NCBI RefSeq assembly: GCF_006345805.1
Contig: NC_043012.1
Span: 36,518,001 to 36,582,000, forward strand
From: Octopus sinensis
Lineage: Eukaryota
Reading direction: 5' to 3'
DNA length: 64,000 bases
Shown: one piece after another, positions 40,590 through 52,145 of the stretch
Layout of the letters: every line of letters starts with the position of its first letter
How positions within the stretch are numbered: position 1 is the stretch's first letter
The notes under the pieces: model-generated
Told to the model about the DNA's origin: nothing
The model's database searches: none
The model's input: only the letters and a program-made list of their open reading frames with translations
Translations under genes and position numbers: made by a program

Positions 40590-41720
40590 TCATTGTTGTT
40601 TTGTCCACTTTCCTATGTCTGCATGGGGGGTGGAGTCATCACTCTTGCCTGCTGTGTCCCATTCACTTCTCAACACATTTGCACAATGTCGTACATGCAC
40701 ACTGACTTTGCATGGCCACCACAACATATTAAGCTTTATTTCTTTCTAGTCTCTGCATGTCATCTACATTCAGAGCCCACATCTCACTATCATGTAGCAT
40801 TGCTGTTCATACAATCTGCCGTTTCTCCATCCTTTTCCTTTTCTAGCAACTACACTTTCAGAACATTCTGCTCCACTATTAACTCGAAGAAACTATCTCC
40901 TACCTGTTGTGAACCTTTTGGGCATTTCCCACGTATTCTGTGTTTGTTCCTGCCACATAATCTACTTTCTCCCTGAAACCTACTTGTAATTCCACTGAAC
41001 ATCCTGTGTATCCTTATGGAATTTCAACCAATACATCAAATGGGGTCAATTTCCTGCTTACTAGAACTTTTGATATTTACTAAGTTATTTTTAAGGACCT
41101 TAGATTTCAGATTTTGTTTTCATACCTGAAATTTCTCTTTTAATTCTTCTGTAGATTTTACTATAAGAATGGGATCCTCAGCATATTGTAGTTCCAAAGA
41201 CACCTGGTTTTAAATTCCTGTTATGACCTACTGGACTATGATGAATAGGGAGGGGCCTGAGAATGGACCCCTGGCAAATACCTACCTGTACTCTAAATTT
41301 GTTGATAACTCCCCCTTTACTAACAGCACCGCTGTACATAGCTTGTATAGCTGTTACAAACCATTCGTCTACCCTTAGCTTTCTCCAGATCCATGAATAC
41401 CAAGTACAATGGTTTACTCTTAACTAAATACTTTTGCAGTTGCCTTACCAAGAAGATGGCCTCTGTAGTACCCCTCTCTAGCACAGAAACCAAACTGCAC
41501 CTCACCTCGTCTCAGTTCTGTTTATAATTAATTGGGACCATAGGACTAACTACAATGCTGCTGCACCGGTTGTTGAGTATGACAGGATTACTTCAACTGT
41601 ACGGATGACTGGTCGGTCTCTTACTCTGCCAGCTATTTTAAGCATCTCACGGGTGATTCCTTGATGGATTAAGGGCTTCCCCTGCTTTTATATCCTTAAT
41701 TGCTTTATCTAATATACTGC
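40590..41720 (-). mobile_element. Heavily decayed RTE-like LINE fragment (RT domain)
   Basis: GTTEAIFLVRQLQKYLVKSKPLYLVFMDLEKA and a later ELQYAEDP (YADD-like) remnant. Confidence 0.7.
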
Positions 41721-43164
41721 TATCGACTGAGATGGTTCCTATGTTCCTTTCATAGCAGCACTTCTGGGCCACTAAATGCAAATGTACCATTATCCACCTG
41801 CTCACTTTTCTATCCATGTGGCTTTGATTTCAGTCCAATGCATGGCATTTTGGGCAAGTCACTTCTCCTCTGACCCCAAGCTGACCAATGCCTTGTGAGG
41901 GAATTTGGTAGATGTAAAGTGAAGACCCTGGGCCTCACTGAGGTGAGATGTGCCAAGCTAAGTAAAATCGCTGTCTTCCACCCGTACAGGCTTGTCCTTT
42001 ACAGGTGTCGGGGTCACTTAAAAAGCAACCAAGCCAGTGCTGCATTAATGCATCCATGCCGAGGGCACATAAAAGGCACCCAGCACACTTTATTAAATGG
42101 TTGGCATTAAGAAGAGCATCCTGCCACAGAAACCATGCCTCAACAGACAGCTCCATGTCAAACTGTCCAATCCATGCCAGCATGGAAAGCAGATGTTAAA
42201 TGATATATGTGTACAAATTCCTTACTTGAAAAACAGGTATGGTTTGGTAACAAGTCGTGCATTCAGCTGTGAACCCCACCCCCCTCCTCAAATCCATCTG
42301 TGTCTATGCCATTCTTGCAATATAAATCGGGCATCAAATGAAATAAAGGATGCAAAATTATTAAGGGTTTAGTCTTTCACATTACTTTAATGGCTTCTTC
42401 AGAGCCGTGTAAACAAGCCTCTGGGACTAGGGAGACCTGTTGCAAATGTCTGCAGCCGAACAGTTTACTGCCTTCCAAATATTATTCACAAAGCTTTAGT
42501 TGACCAACTTCTTAATAGCACAGCTGCCAACTCACAACACGTTGCTCATCATTGAAAACTTTCAGCCATTCTACTTTTCATTAACCATTTTGATACCAAA
42601 CCCACCTCGGACTACCTTTGGTTCTATGGTACCTAATTGAGTAGATCTACAACTAAAGGGACTCCAGCCATAACCACCCATCTTAGTTTTTCCTCTCCCA
42701 GAAACTGTGCCTGGGTCCACCGTCTCCAGGGCATCCATCTGTGTGTGGAGCAAAAGTGAAGTTATCTGAACTGATTTTTGAGTGACAGTTGAATTGAAGA
42801 AATCAGAACCCGTCCTAGCAGAGATTTCAGTAGAATTTCATCGCCATTTAATGTCTTGCTTTAAAGTGATCTAAATGAAAAGCTTCCATCCAAAACTTTT
42901 GTTGTGTTCCAAACACCAGATTAATAATGATAAAGTTGTTTTGCTAAATTCTTCGTGATTTTCAAAAATAATTAAAACAAATGCCGTGAATTTCAATAGA
43001 AATATGGTAACAAAACGGTTCGAAGGGACACTAGTACTGCTATCCCATTGATGAGAAATATTCAACAGCCACACCCTCACCTTCACGCAAAGCAATCCCC
43101 TCCCTCACATCAACAGTAAAGTCAGTGAAAGACAAAAATAAGCAACAAAGTCTAAATTATTGTT

Positions 43165-45956
43165 TTTATTTATTCTTTTTCTTTCACAAATTCACAAATT
43201 ATTTTGGTTCTCTTAGAGAGAGAGAGAGAGATAGATAGAATGAGAGAATATTTACAGAATCACCAGCGCACAAGGGAACTGGTTGAAATGATGTGCATCA
43301 ACGCTCTTTTAAAAAGAGGGTTTCTATTTACATACATGATGTACGAATCATTTTGAAGGTGGCTACTGGGACGTTACTTCACACACCTGCATAATCTTCC
43401 AGCTTCATTAAAAAAAAATTTTTTTTAAGGTTTTTTTTTTGTTCAGGCCCTATTTGGAACCAAAGATATATAAATAAAACAAAAACAAAGAATTAGGGAG
43501 CAAGTTTAATCTCTTTAAGGTTGCAAGGTAGTAGTGCTAGGTTAAACACGAGATTAAATCTATTGAGCAATGACAACTAGTCCCTAATTGTGACTGGTAG
43601 GGTGTGAGATAGTAGTAGTTCACGTGGTGGCAATGAGGACCTTGGTGTATAAAACCTACTTGTTAAGTACAACACATCTACAGTGTGTTAATAATAATAA
43701 TCATAACATATACTAGTGACCTCTATATTTGCTGAACTGAAAAACATTTTCGTTAAGGTAATGTCATTTTTATTGTGTGAATAACCATTTCTCTTTGAGC
43801 TAACAACTGCTTGATTTTTTAAATCTGAGAAGTTGATCTGCCATAAATTCGGGACTGTCCCTAGCTCTACATGTCCATGGATGACTGATCACATAATTAT
43901 AAGTTATATTATCTTCTGCTGAGGATTGTTAATAAATGATAAATAAAGTGGGTTTAAAGATGGTGCTAAGCTGAAGATATCCATGAAACCATTAGATATC
44001 AAATGTTAGAGAGAAATAAGTTATATATAAGAGCCATTAAAAGAAAAAAAAAAAAGAAAATCAACATACCATTTAATAATGATAAAATCTAAAAATGAGT
44101 TCATCTTGTTCTAAGTTCTTTCATTCAACTAAAAACTGCTCAGAAAGAAGTCAACAGTTTTAGAAAAGGGATGGGAATAGGGTACGTATTACCTGAAATT
44201 GTTATGGATTGTTTAAATTTTGAGGAGAAATATTCCTGGATTAATAGAAGCACCATTGCAATAAATATTCCTTGTTTAGCATCCGACTCAAACTAGCATG
44301 TACCGAGAGAGAGTGAGAGAGACAGGTAGAAGGCTATGTATAACATAGAAATATTCTTTTCTATAAGAGAAAAATATACACAGTACATACCAGCCTAGAA
44401 CCATCTGAAAACAAATCCAAATGGTATGAAAACTTCCCAAAATACTGCACTTACTTGAATATATACAATGGCACTTCCTAAGACTCATTTGTTGATTAAG
44501 GAACAGGACAGATCTTGTTGAGACATTTCTTTTGCACTTTATCAAAGAGACACTTGAAGCAGATTAGGCATCGAGTGTTTGTGACAAATTTCTAGTTCAA
44601 AATGAGTGACTTGTAAGGTTTTTAGCTATTCCGATTTAGATGATTTCCATTGAGAGACAACAATAAATATGTGAAGGACACTCACAGGTTGTTAAAAAAA
44701 GAGAACTAAGTGAAGCAATGTAATACAGACAGCTTAAACGATAATGAATGATAACGACAGAACTGAGTGAGTGGTGGAATGTCTAGAAAATTACCAAACA
44801 CAAGTCATATTCTGTAGATGATTACTTCTAACTATGAAATAATGCTTTGAAGAATTGAGAAAAAAAGTTCTTTAGGAAAAAAAATTCTTCAAAACATGGA
44901 AGCTTTGAGTTTTTTTTTTTTAATAAAAGCATCAACTGAAATGAGTTTTTTTTTTAAGAAAAAAAAAAAATTAATTCAGTTATCTTGAGGAGGGGAAAAT
45001 GATTAGTTAAGTTAGCTGTTATGAAATCGATATACTATAAAGTAACACAGTAAACATTGATTTGATGAGTAAAAACTTTAAACTTAGTAAAATACACTGA
45101 AAGTAAGGTTCTAAGTTAAAAAGAAAGTGAAAGTGGAGAGAAATAACTATTACACAAGGTTTAAATATTTGTATATACATGGCAAAAGTTGAGGCTAACC
45201 TTTTAATAAAAGATGCTATGAAATAACAGACAGCATAAAAAAGTGAAATGACAAATGTATGAACGAGGAAGTCAAAACTGGGCAACAAACAAATGGAGCA
45301 GGGAAAAAAAAAAGGAAAGAAAATGAAAACTGATTAAATTTATTTTAGATTAAAATGGGAGAGAAAACTGCCTGATTAATTGAAATTTTATTTTAAGCTT
45401 GTTAAAGAGTTACTACTCTATTGGGGAGGGAGGGAGGGGGGGTCCTAATTAGTTATCCTGCTACAAATAGGAGAGATGTGTAGTGCAATGTCGAGGTACG
45501 ATGTAGGAGACCGTTGGTTGAAGATCTGGAGGCGCTAAGTTCTTCCAAAGCTGTTCTACTCTCATGAAGGGCACTTAGATTTTTATGAGGTCCGTTGATG
45601 GACATGCTAAAAATAAAATGTAATGGTCCAGTGCACATACACACATCAACACATACAAGCACACACACACACACCATTTCAGAAATGTTACTGTCCCATG
45701 TCAGAGTACCCAGGATGAGCAGCTAGATACAGGTAAGATACTATAGAGTCAACTTTATACAAAGGTGTTTAATTACATAACTGGAAGGATGTGTATTCTC
45801 ATTAGTTGGGCCCTTTGCAACTGGAATGTAGTAGGAGCAGAGCCAGTTATTGTCCCATTCCCTACAACCATAGATGAAAGATTAACGGTGATGGAGAAGA
45901 TGAGAGAAGTGTGGTAATAATTGTGCTGCTAAAATTCTTTTTTTTTTTTTCCATAT
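43165..45956 (-). other. Probable long 3' UTR of the PHF13-like gene
   Basis: ~2.8 kb essentially free of SINEs downstream of the stop, ending at minus-strand AATAAA signals near 43165-43170. Confidence 0.5.
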
Positions 45957-46180
45957 TTAGATACTGATTCTTTTGCTTTCAGTTCTAATTCTATTAGATT
46001 TCCGTGTTGTGAATTTTGCTTCTCTACACTGCTGACAAACAAAAGTTTCAGGAATATTGGATTTTCGAATTTTCGCACAAGATAGGTGGATCCATGTTGA
46101 ACATTCTGAACATTCAATCATTGGTCTTCCGGCATAGGGTTTAAGACAATGGCAGGTTATTAAGTCCCAAGATTCGTCAT
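45957..46180 (-). CDS. PHF13: PHF13/PHF23-like protein, last coding exon with PHD finger ([52 protein letters not shown]...)
   Basis: Closely matches the vertebrate PHF13/PHF23 C-terminal PHD ([20 protein letters not shown]..[10 protein letters not shown]). Poly-T plus CAG acceptor, phase 1, TAA stop. Probably co-orthologous to PHF13 and PHF23. Confidence 0.9.
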
Positions 46181-47898
46181 CTGGAAAAAAAAAAAAAAAA
46201 AAATTAATGGTCAAATTTTAAAATTAAGCCGACAAAGAAAAGACATTTTATGTAATAAATAAAATTATTAGTTTCAAATTTGGGGTGGGATTAGTTAGAT
46301 TATACTGAGGAGTCAAAGGATCGAAGGCAAAGTCAACCTGGGTGGAATTTGAACTCAGAATGTGAAGACGCTGCCGAACATTTTCCTGGTATGCTAATAA
46401 TTCTGCCAGCTTGCCACAGGTGAAAATGAAATGATTGTTAGATAACAACATTAGAAATAAAAGCTTCTATGTTCTCTATTCTACATCTCCATATATATGT
46501 GTGGGTGTTATTGTCTAACCTATTTAGTTTCACACCCTGGGATCACCAGTCAATATATCTAATAATAAAGTTAGGACTGGGAAAATTGTAATCTGTCAAG
46601 CTGTATTTCCACACTGCAGTCATTGAATGTGAACAATAGTAACCGTGACCTACCAAATAGTGAGGAGAGAAAGAGAGCTTAGATGAGGTGGTGTGCATGT
46701 GTGTCAGAAATGACTTGATATAGTTTGGTTAGGACTAAGAAAAACAAAACAGCAATTAAAAGTCATTCTATAAAAATATAAATAATTATGGTGCCAAGAG
46801 AATTATTAATGTGCAATTTCAAAGTAAACTTGATTCAATTTCCCTTTGTTGAGAGCAAAATTACACAGGTGTTAGTGTCTTCAATTGACAGTGGTGCCTT
46901 TAGAAATATTCACCACTGGCACAAAAGCACACACACACACACACACACACATTTTTATGCAAAATTGTCAATTGTCCAGAAAATGTATCATCTGTTATTA
47001 AAATTATGCATTGGTAAACTACGCTATTTCATCAAACCTAAAGGAACCTTGTAGTTGACTTGAGACGACTACACGAGACCTTTAAGGAAGACAAAACACA
47101 CAACAAAAACCTGTTTTACTAACATAAAAATTACATGCACACACATCAATTTTAAATGGTTTTTTTCTCACTTCCTAAAAGTAAATGAAACAAGTGGTTA
47201 GGTTGTTGGACTCGATCCCAAGTTCATGTGTCAAATTCCTAGAGCAGGCACTACATTGTGTCCTTGAGCAAGGCATAGAATTTTACATTGCTCCGTTCTA
47301 TATAGCTGTAAACAAGTATCGCCCTTGTGTTGGTGTCAGCCGCCCTCCCCCACCTTCAGCTGTCACATTCTTAATGTTAAGCAGGGAGCGAAGGGTGTGG
47401 TCTGTATCTGCTGTGACTACAGACACCCGAGGAACAATTGGCAAAAACATGGTACAAGCTGCTAGATCATATTCATTTGTGAAGGATTGCTAAGCACAGT
47501 AACAAAGTTGTAGAAGGGTAAAGATTCTTTGGTTGTAAAAACAAAAATCATTAAATTTCAGTTGGTTTTTGAAATAATTGAGCATTTATAAGGCTTCAGT
47601 AAAATAACTAACCACTCCATTACTGAAATGGTGTTTAAGGTGGCAAGCTGGCAGAACCATTAGCACACCAGACAAGATGCTCAACAACCTTTCCTCTGGC
47701 TCCATGCTCAGAGTTCAAATCCCTTTAAGGTTAACTTTACCTTTCATCTTTTCAGGGTTGATAAAATAATTACCAGTTGAGCACTGGGGGTCAATGTAAT
47801 CCACTAGCCTCTCCCCCAAAATTTCAGGCCTTGTGCCTATAGTAGAACAGGTTTGGAACATAACTTATTGAAAGATCTTTCTTACAGAAGGCTCAGAC

Positions 47899-48172
47899 CA
47901 GTGTTTCTTACGGGGTGGGGTGCACAACACAGGTGGAGTTGGTGGGTCTTTAGAATAGGGGCAGGGACATAAGTAAATAATATTTGCAATAAAGTTTTCA
48001 GTAAAACTACTTTTGAATATACAGGGTGGGTCAAAAGTGACAAAGTCTGATAGTATATCCCCATGTGGGGGCATCTTTAAACCTTGTGACTATTGACCCA
48101 CTCGGTATATACATGCTCTATGCAAACTTTCTTTATGGTGGGGCATGGGATAAAAATGGCTGAGGAACACTG
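47899..48172. mobile_element. hAT-like MITE in a PHF13-like gene intron
   Basis: Ends CAGTGTTTCTTA ... TGAGGAACACTG (hAT-type TIR); TSD degenerate. Confidence 0.5.
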
Positions 48173-48664
48173 GTTTAAGACTTCAAAAATGTTTTGTATT
48201 ACAGAAGCAGGGTTGGTCTCCTTTAAGTTGGTATAGATTAAAAGAGTAAAGGAGTTAGCAGGTATGAACAGAGACAGTATTTATATAAAGTAAGCTGCAT
48301 GCATAGCACCTTGGGCGAGTGTTTCTACTATAACCTTGGGCCAACTAAAGGTTTGTGAATTCATTTGGTAGATGGAAAATGAAATAAGCCCATCATACAT
48401 GTGTGGTTGAGCACTGTTATCTTGATATTGTGTGTCCATTGTAAACGAGCGTCACCACCATATAAGTGGTATCGTTTGTTTCCAATTTTCCATGAAAAAC
48501 TGTCTGCTCATGGGGAAACAAGTGAGGGCTGGCAACAGGAAGGGCACTGGGACACAGACAATCTGCCTCATCAAATTCCATCTGACCCAAGCATGGAAAA
48601 GCTATGTTAAAACGATGATCATAAGAGAGAGATAGACAGACAAAGAGAAACTAAATCAACTCAC

Positions 48665-49279
48665 CTGATTCTATGGCATCAGGAGAACTTGAATTACTGT
48701 GAATACTTTCTCCACAACTTTCAGCTAAACTATCATCATTTTTGTCGTGAGCGTGCAAATCTAACTTGGGAAAATGAGTGTTAGCTTTCTTTTCTTCCAC
48801 AACAGGTTCGTATATTTCCTTCTCCACTTTCACAGAGGTCACAGAATTCTGTGAGACAACCGAGTTACTCTGCAGTTCATCTATGCTAGGTTTTTCCTCC
48901 TGTTTTATGTGTGTTTTAAGGTGATGTTCACAGGGAGTGCATTCCTCTCGCTTCTGCAACTGTACACCCTCTAATTGCTTTACCTTGTCGTCGACCAGTA
49001 CCTGTTGATGAAGCTTCTGTTTCTGATGAGGAGAGTATTGTTGGTGTGATGATGACGATGGCGATGACGATGATGATGATGACAAAGATGAAAGATCTGC
49101 TTCAACGTTTCTATGATAAAATCCATCTAATCTATTTGAGTTTTGTTGAGGGATTGAAGAAAGAGAGGGCAACACCGTTGCTTGGACTAACGTGGCCTGG
49201 TTCTGTGGCTTCGTGAGCTGCCTCGGGACTAACTGTTGTTTAGGCTGTACCAGTTGCTTCGTATGCTGTGGCTGCTGCT

Positions 49280-49322
<43 letters not shown>

Positions 49323-49363
49323 TTTTAAAAGCTGGAGTTTTGAATGCTGTTTTATATGTTGTG

Positions 49364-49396
<33 letters not shown>

Positions 49397-49712
49397 TTAG
49401 AAACATTGGATGTTTCGGAGACTGTTGCTTCAAAAACTGTTGTTTAGGAGTTGTTTGCGGGTGTGTAATTCTCTCAGAGAGTCTGCAATTAACCACAGTA
49501 GAAGTAGTAGTGGCGGTGGTGGTGGTGGTGGTGGTAAGAGTAGAGGCAATGTTCTCTTGTACACGATCAATTGGCAAATTTTCCTGAAGTGTTTCTGGAA
49601 TAGATTCTTGCAGACTTCCAGAGGACAGTGAGGCTGTACTGTCCGAAGAATAACTGTCTGCAGCACTGCCGCCACTGCCAACAGGACTGATATTGTTCTG
49701 CTGACGGAGTTC
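48665..49712 (-). CDS. PHF13: PHF13/PHF23-like protein, large low-complexity internal exon (poly-T, poly-Q, poly-S)
   Basis: 1048-nt open exon; ttctttcag acceptor (phase 0) and GTGAGT donor (phase 1) join in frame to the flanking exons (...DAIES|DDESWDL). Confidence 0.85.
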
Positions 49713-49834
49713 CTGAAAGAAAGAAAACATTTGCTGCTCATTTAAAAGTAGACATCAAACTAAAACCAAAAGTAATTAACTTTGTTTCCATTATTTACAT
49801 TTGATGGATATTTGTCCTCATCTTGTTTGTTGTT

Positions 49835-49880
49835 AACACAATGTTTCGGCTGATATACCCTCCAGCCTTCATCAGGTGTC
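49835..49880 (-). ncRNA. Hammerhead-like motif, family C; other copies at 30138-30183 (+) and 50146-50188 (+)
   Basis: GACAC-CTGATGA-A-GGCTG GAGGGTATAT CAGCC-GAAA-CATT-GTGTT: canonical core boxes, 5-bp stem II, stem I GACAC/GTGTT. Confidence 0.65.
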
Positions 49881-50030
49881 TTGGGGGGGAAATTTTGAAC
49901 CTGGGTTCTCATTCCTAAGGTATTTTTCGATATCATTATTATTATTGGAATCAAACTCAGAATCTTGGGGTTAGTAGTTCAGAGCGCAGTCTACTAACCC
50001 CAAGATTCCGAGTTCGATTCCAGGCAGTGA

Positions 50031-50074
<44 letters not shown>

Positions 50075-51348
50075 GTAATGATTATGATAACAACAACGTC
50101 GAAAAATACCTTAGGAACGAGAACCCAGGTTTGAAATTTCCCCAAGACACCTGAAGAAGGCAGGAGGGTATATCAGCCGAACCGTGTTAGCAATAAACAA
50201 GATGAGGGACAAATATCCATCAAATGTAAATAATGTACATAAATTCCTCATCTCTTAAATATAGAACTGTAATTAACTTGGTTTAGAAATATTTATCTAA
50301 CTCCATGAAAATCTCCAATTTTTATCTTAAATTCACAGCCTTTAAAAATACTTCAGTTGCAATGACAACCATTTCTAAATTTCCAAACCAGTTTTCCATA
50401 ATTTTCAGGAGTTGGCTTGGACTCTATCAAGAACTCCACCTTACACACAATAAAAGGTAATTATGAGCCAACAAGGAAGATTTGACCTGCAGGAAATAGC
50501 AACCAAACCAGAAAACCAATATAGGCTGTATTCTTGGAAATCTATAAGATGGAATAGGCATTGGTTTTGGTCAATCAGCATAGATCTAACGGTTAGCAAC
50601 AACTAACGAGAGATCTGGTATGGCATCAGAATGATGTATGAAAAGATTTATAAAAACAATTCTTTCCTCTTACCCAAGCCACTTAATAGGAAATCCCACT
50701 TCAAATTAGAATTCCTTAAGAAACAAGAATGAAATTTTATATTAAGAAGGTCATCCAGAGGTAGAAACCCTGCTGAGGCAGAGAGTGGAGCATAGCACAC
50801 ACTTCTGGCTTGCCCAGCTCCTGTCAAACTGTCCAAACCCTGTCAGGAATGGAAATTGGACACGTGATGATGATGATGATGAAATTCTACTGAAATCTCG
50901 TCATTCAAAAATCAGTTCAGATAACCTCACTTTTGGTCCACACACAGCATCTTAAAAGATGGACCTAGACACAGTTTCTGGGGGAGGAAAAATTAGGATG
51001 GGTGGTCATGGCTGGAGTCGCTTTAATTATAAATCTCTTTGATCAGGTCTGTCCTGGAGCTAAACAACAACCACTAACACCTCATTTCTGGTCTTTGTCA
51101 CATACGAGTTATCTTAGTACAGCAGACCAATTCTCATTACACACTCTTTATGCTACCCCCTCTCTCCCCTTCACTTTACCCTCCTACAAAGTGCCTTAAT
51201 GCTTTTAATATCAATCCTTTCCTTACCAACGATGTACAGTAGGGTCACTATGAGAAAGGGAATTGGATATTTTTAAATGATAAATGGATCAACTAGAACA
51301 GATATCATGGAATATAGAAAAGAATGTGTTAAGATGTTATAAACTTAC

Positions 51349-51450
51349 CTCTCTCTTGAGAGATTCATACTGAGTATAAGAGAGGACTATGGTGCAAAAT
51401 GTATAGAAATCATCTTTCGTTCTCCTCTTCTTCGCTACCGATGTGTAAGA
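51349..51450 (-). CDS. PHF13: PHF13/PHF23-like protein, N-terminal conserved exon (SYTSVAKKRRTKDDFYTFCTIVLSYTQYESLKRE)
   Basis: Matches the PHF13/23 N-terminal motif KRRRTxEDFxxFCxFVLxY; ttgcag acceptor, GTAAG donor, 102 nt. Start-codon exon not located. Confidence 0.88.
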
Positions 51451-51969
51451 CTGCAAGAAAATAATACATAAAGATATATAACAGTTTTATTACAGATATA
51501 GCAGACAAATCTCTTTATCCACCAGCATTGGTGAAAGAAGTGGTTTATAAAATAGAATAACTATCAAATGAAACACATGAGCAAAACATGAACCCCCTCG
51601 ACTGGCAACTTGAAATAGGAACTGACTCACACCATGACAACCCCTCCGATTCATGCCAACATGGAGAACGAATATAAAACAATAATGATGAACTGTCCTT
51701 GTATTAATTTGATCCACATTTAACCCAATAACATCAGCTAAGTTCAAGGGCTGCGAATTTTGGGGCTTGGGAGAAAATCGGGAATTTTTATATCTACAGA
51801 ATAAAAGGTGAATAAATGGCGTTTTTGGTTTTGTGAGCGTTTAGTTCCAGACACTGTTGCATTGACCATAATGTGAAGTACTGGCATTAAAACAGATTTA
51901 ACCCTTTCGCTTTAAAACTAGCCACATCAGACATCTCACACCTACTCTACAATGTCATCTTAAAAACAT

Positions 51970-52145
51970 TCAATTCAATTCAATTTTTATTGGCTCAAAA
52001 AGCAAAAGCAAGGCCATGTAGGGGGACAGGGAGGGTGTTCATGCAAAGAGTTCAGGCCATTTCTGGTCAAGAGAGACTTTGAACCGAGCGGTCGTCGGCA
52101 TCTTCACTATCTTGTCCGGCACCTTATTCCACGGATCCGCAACCT
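51970..52145 (-). mobile_element. CR1-like LINE 3' terminus
   Basis: VADPWNKVPDKIVKMPTTARFKVSLDQKWPELFA*, followed by AATAAA and an (ATTGA)n tail. Confidence 0.65.

Noticed and set aside
47865-48074. Possible extra PHF exon (DPPTPPVLCTPPRKK)
   Set aside because: Lies within a hAT-like MITE, and the flanking exons already join in frame. A 36-nt cassette (47912-47947) is formally possible but unsupported.
49192-49587. Cys-rich, metallothionein-like ORF on the plus strand
   Set aside because: Antisense shadow of the CAG/CAA polyQ exon.
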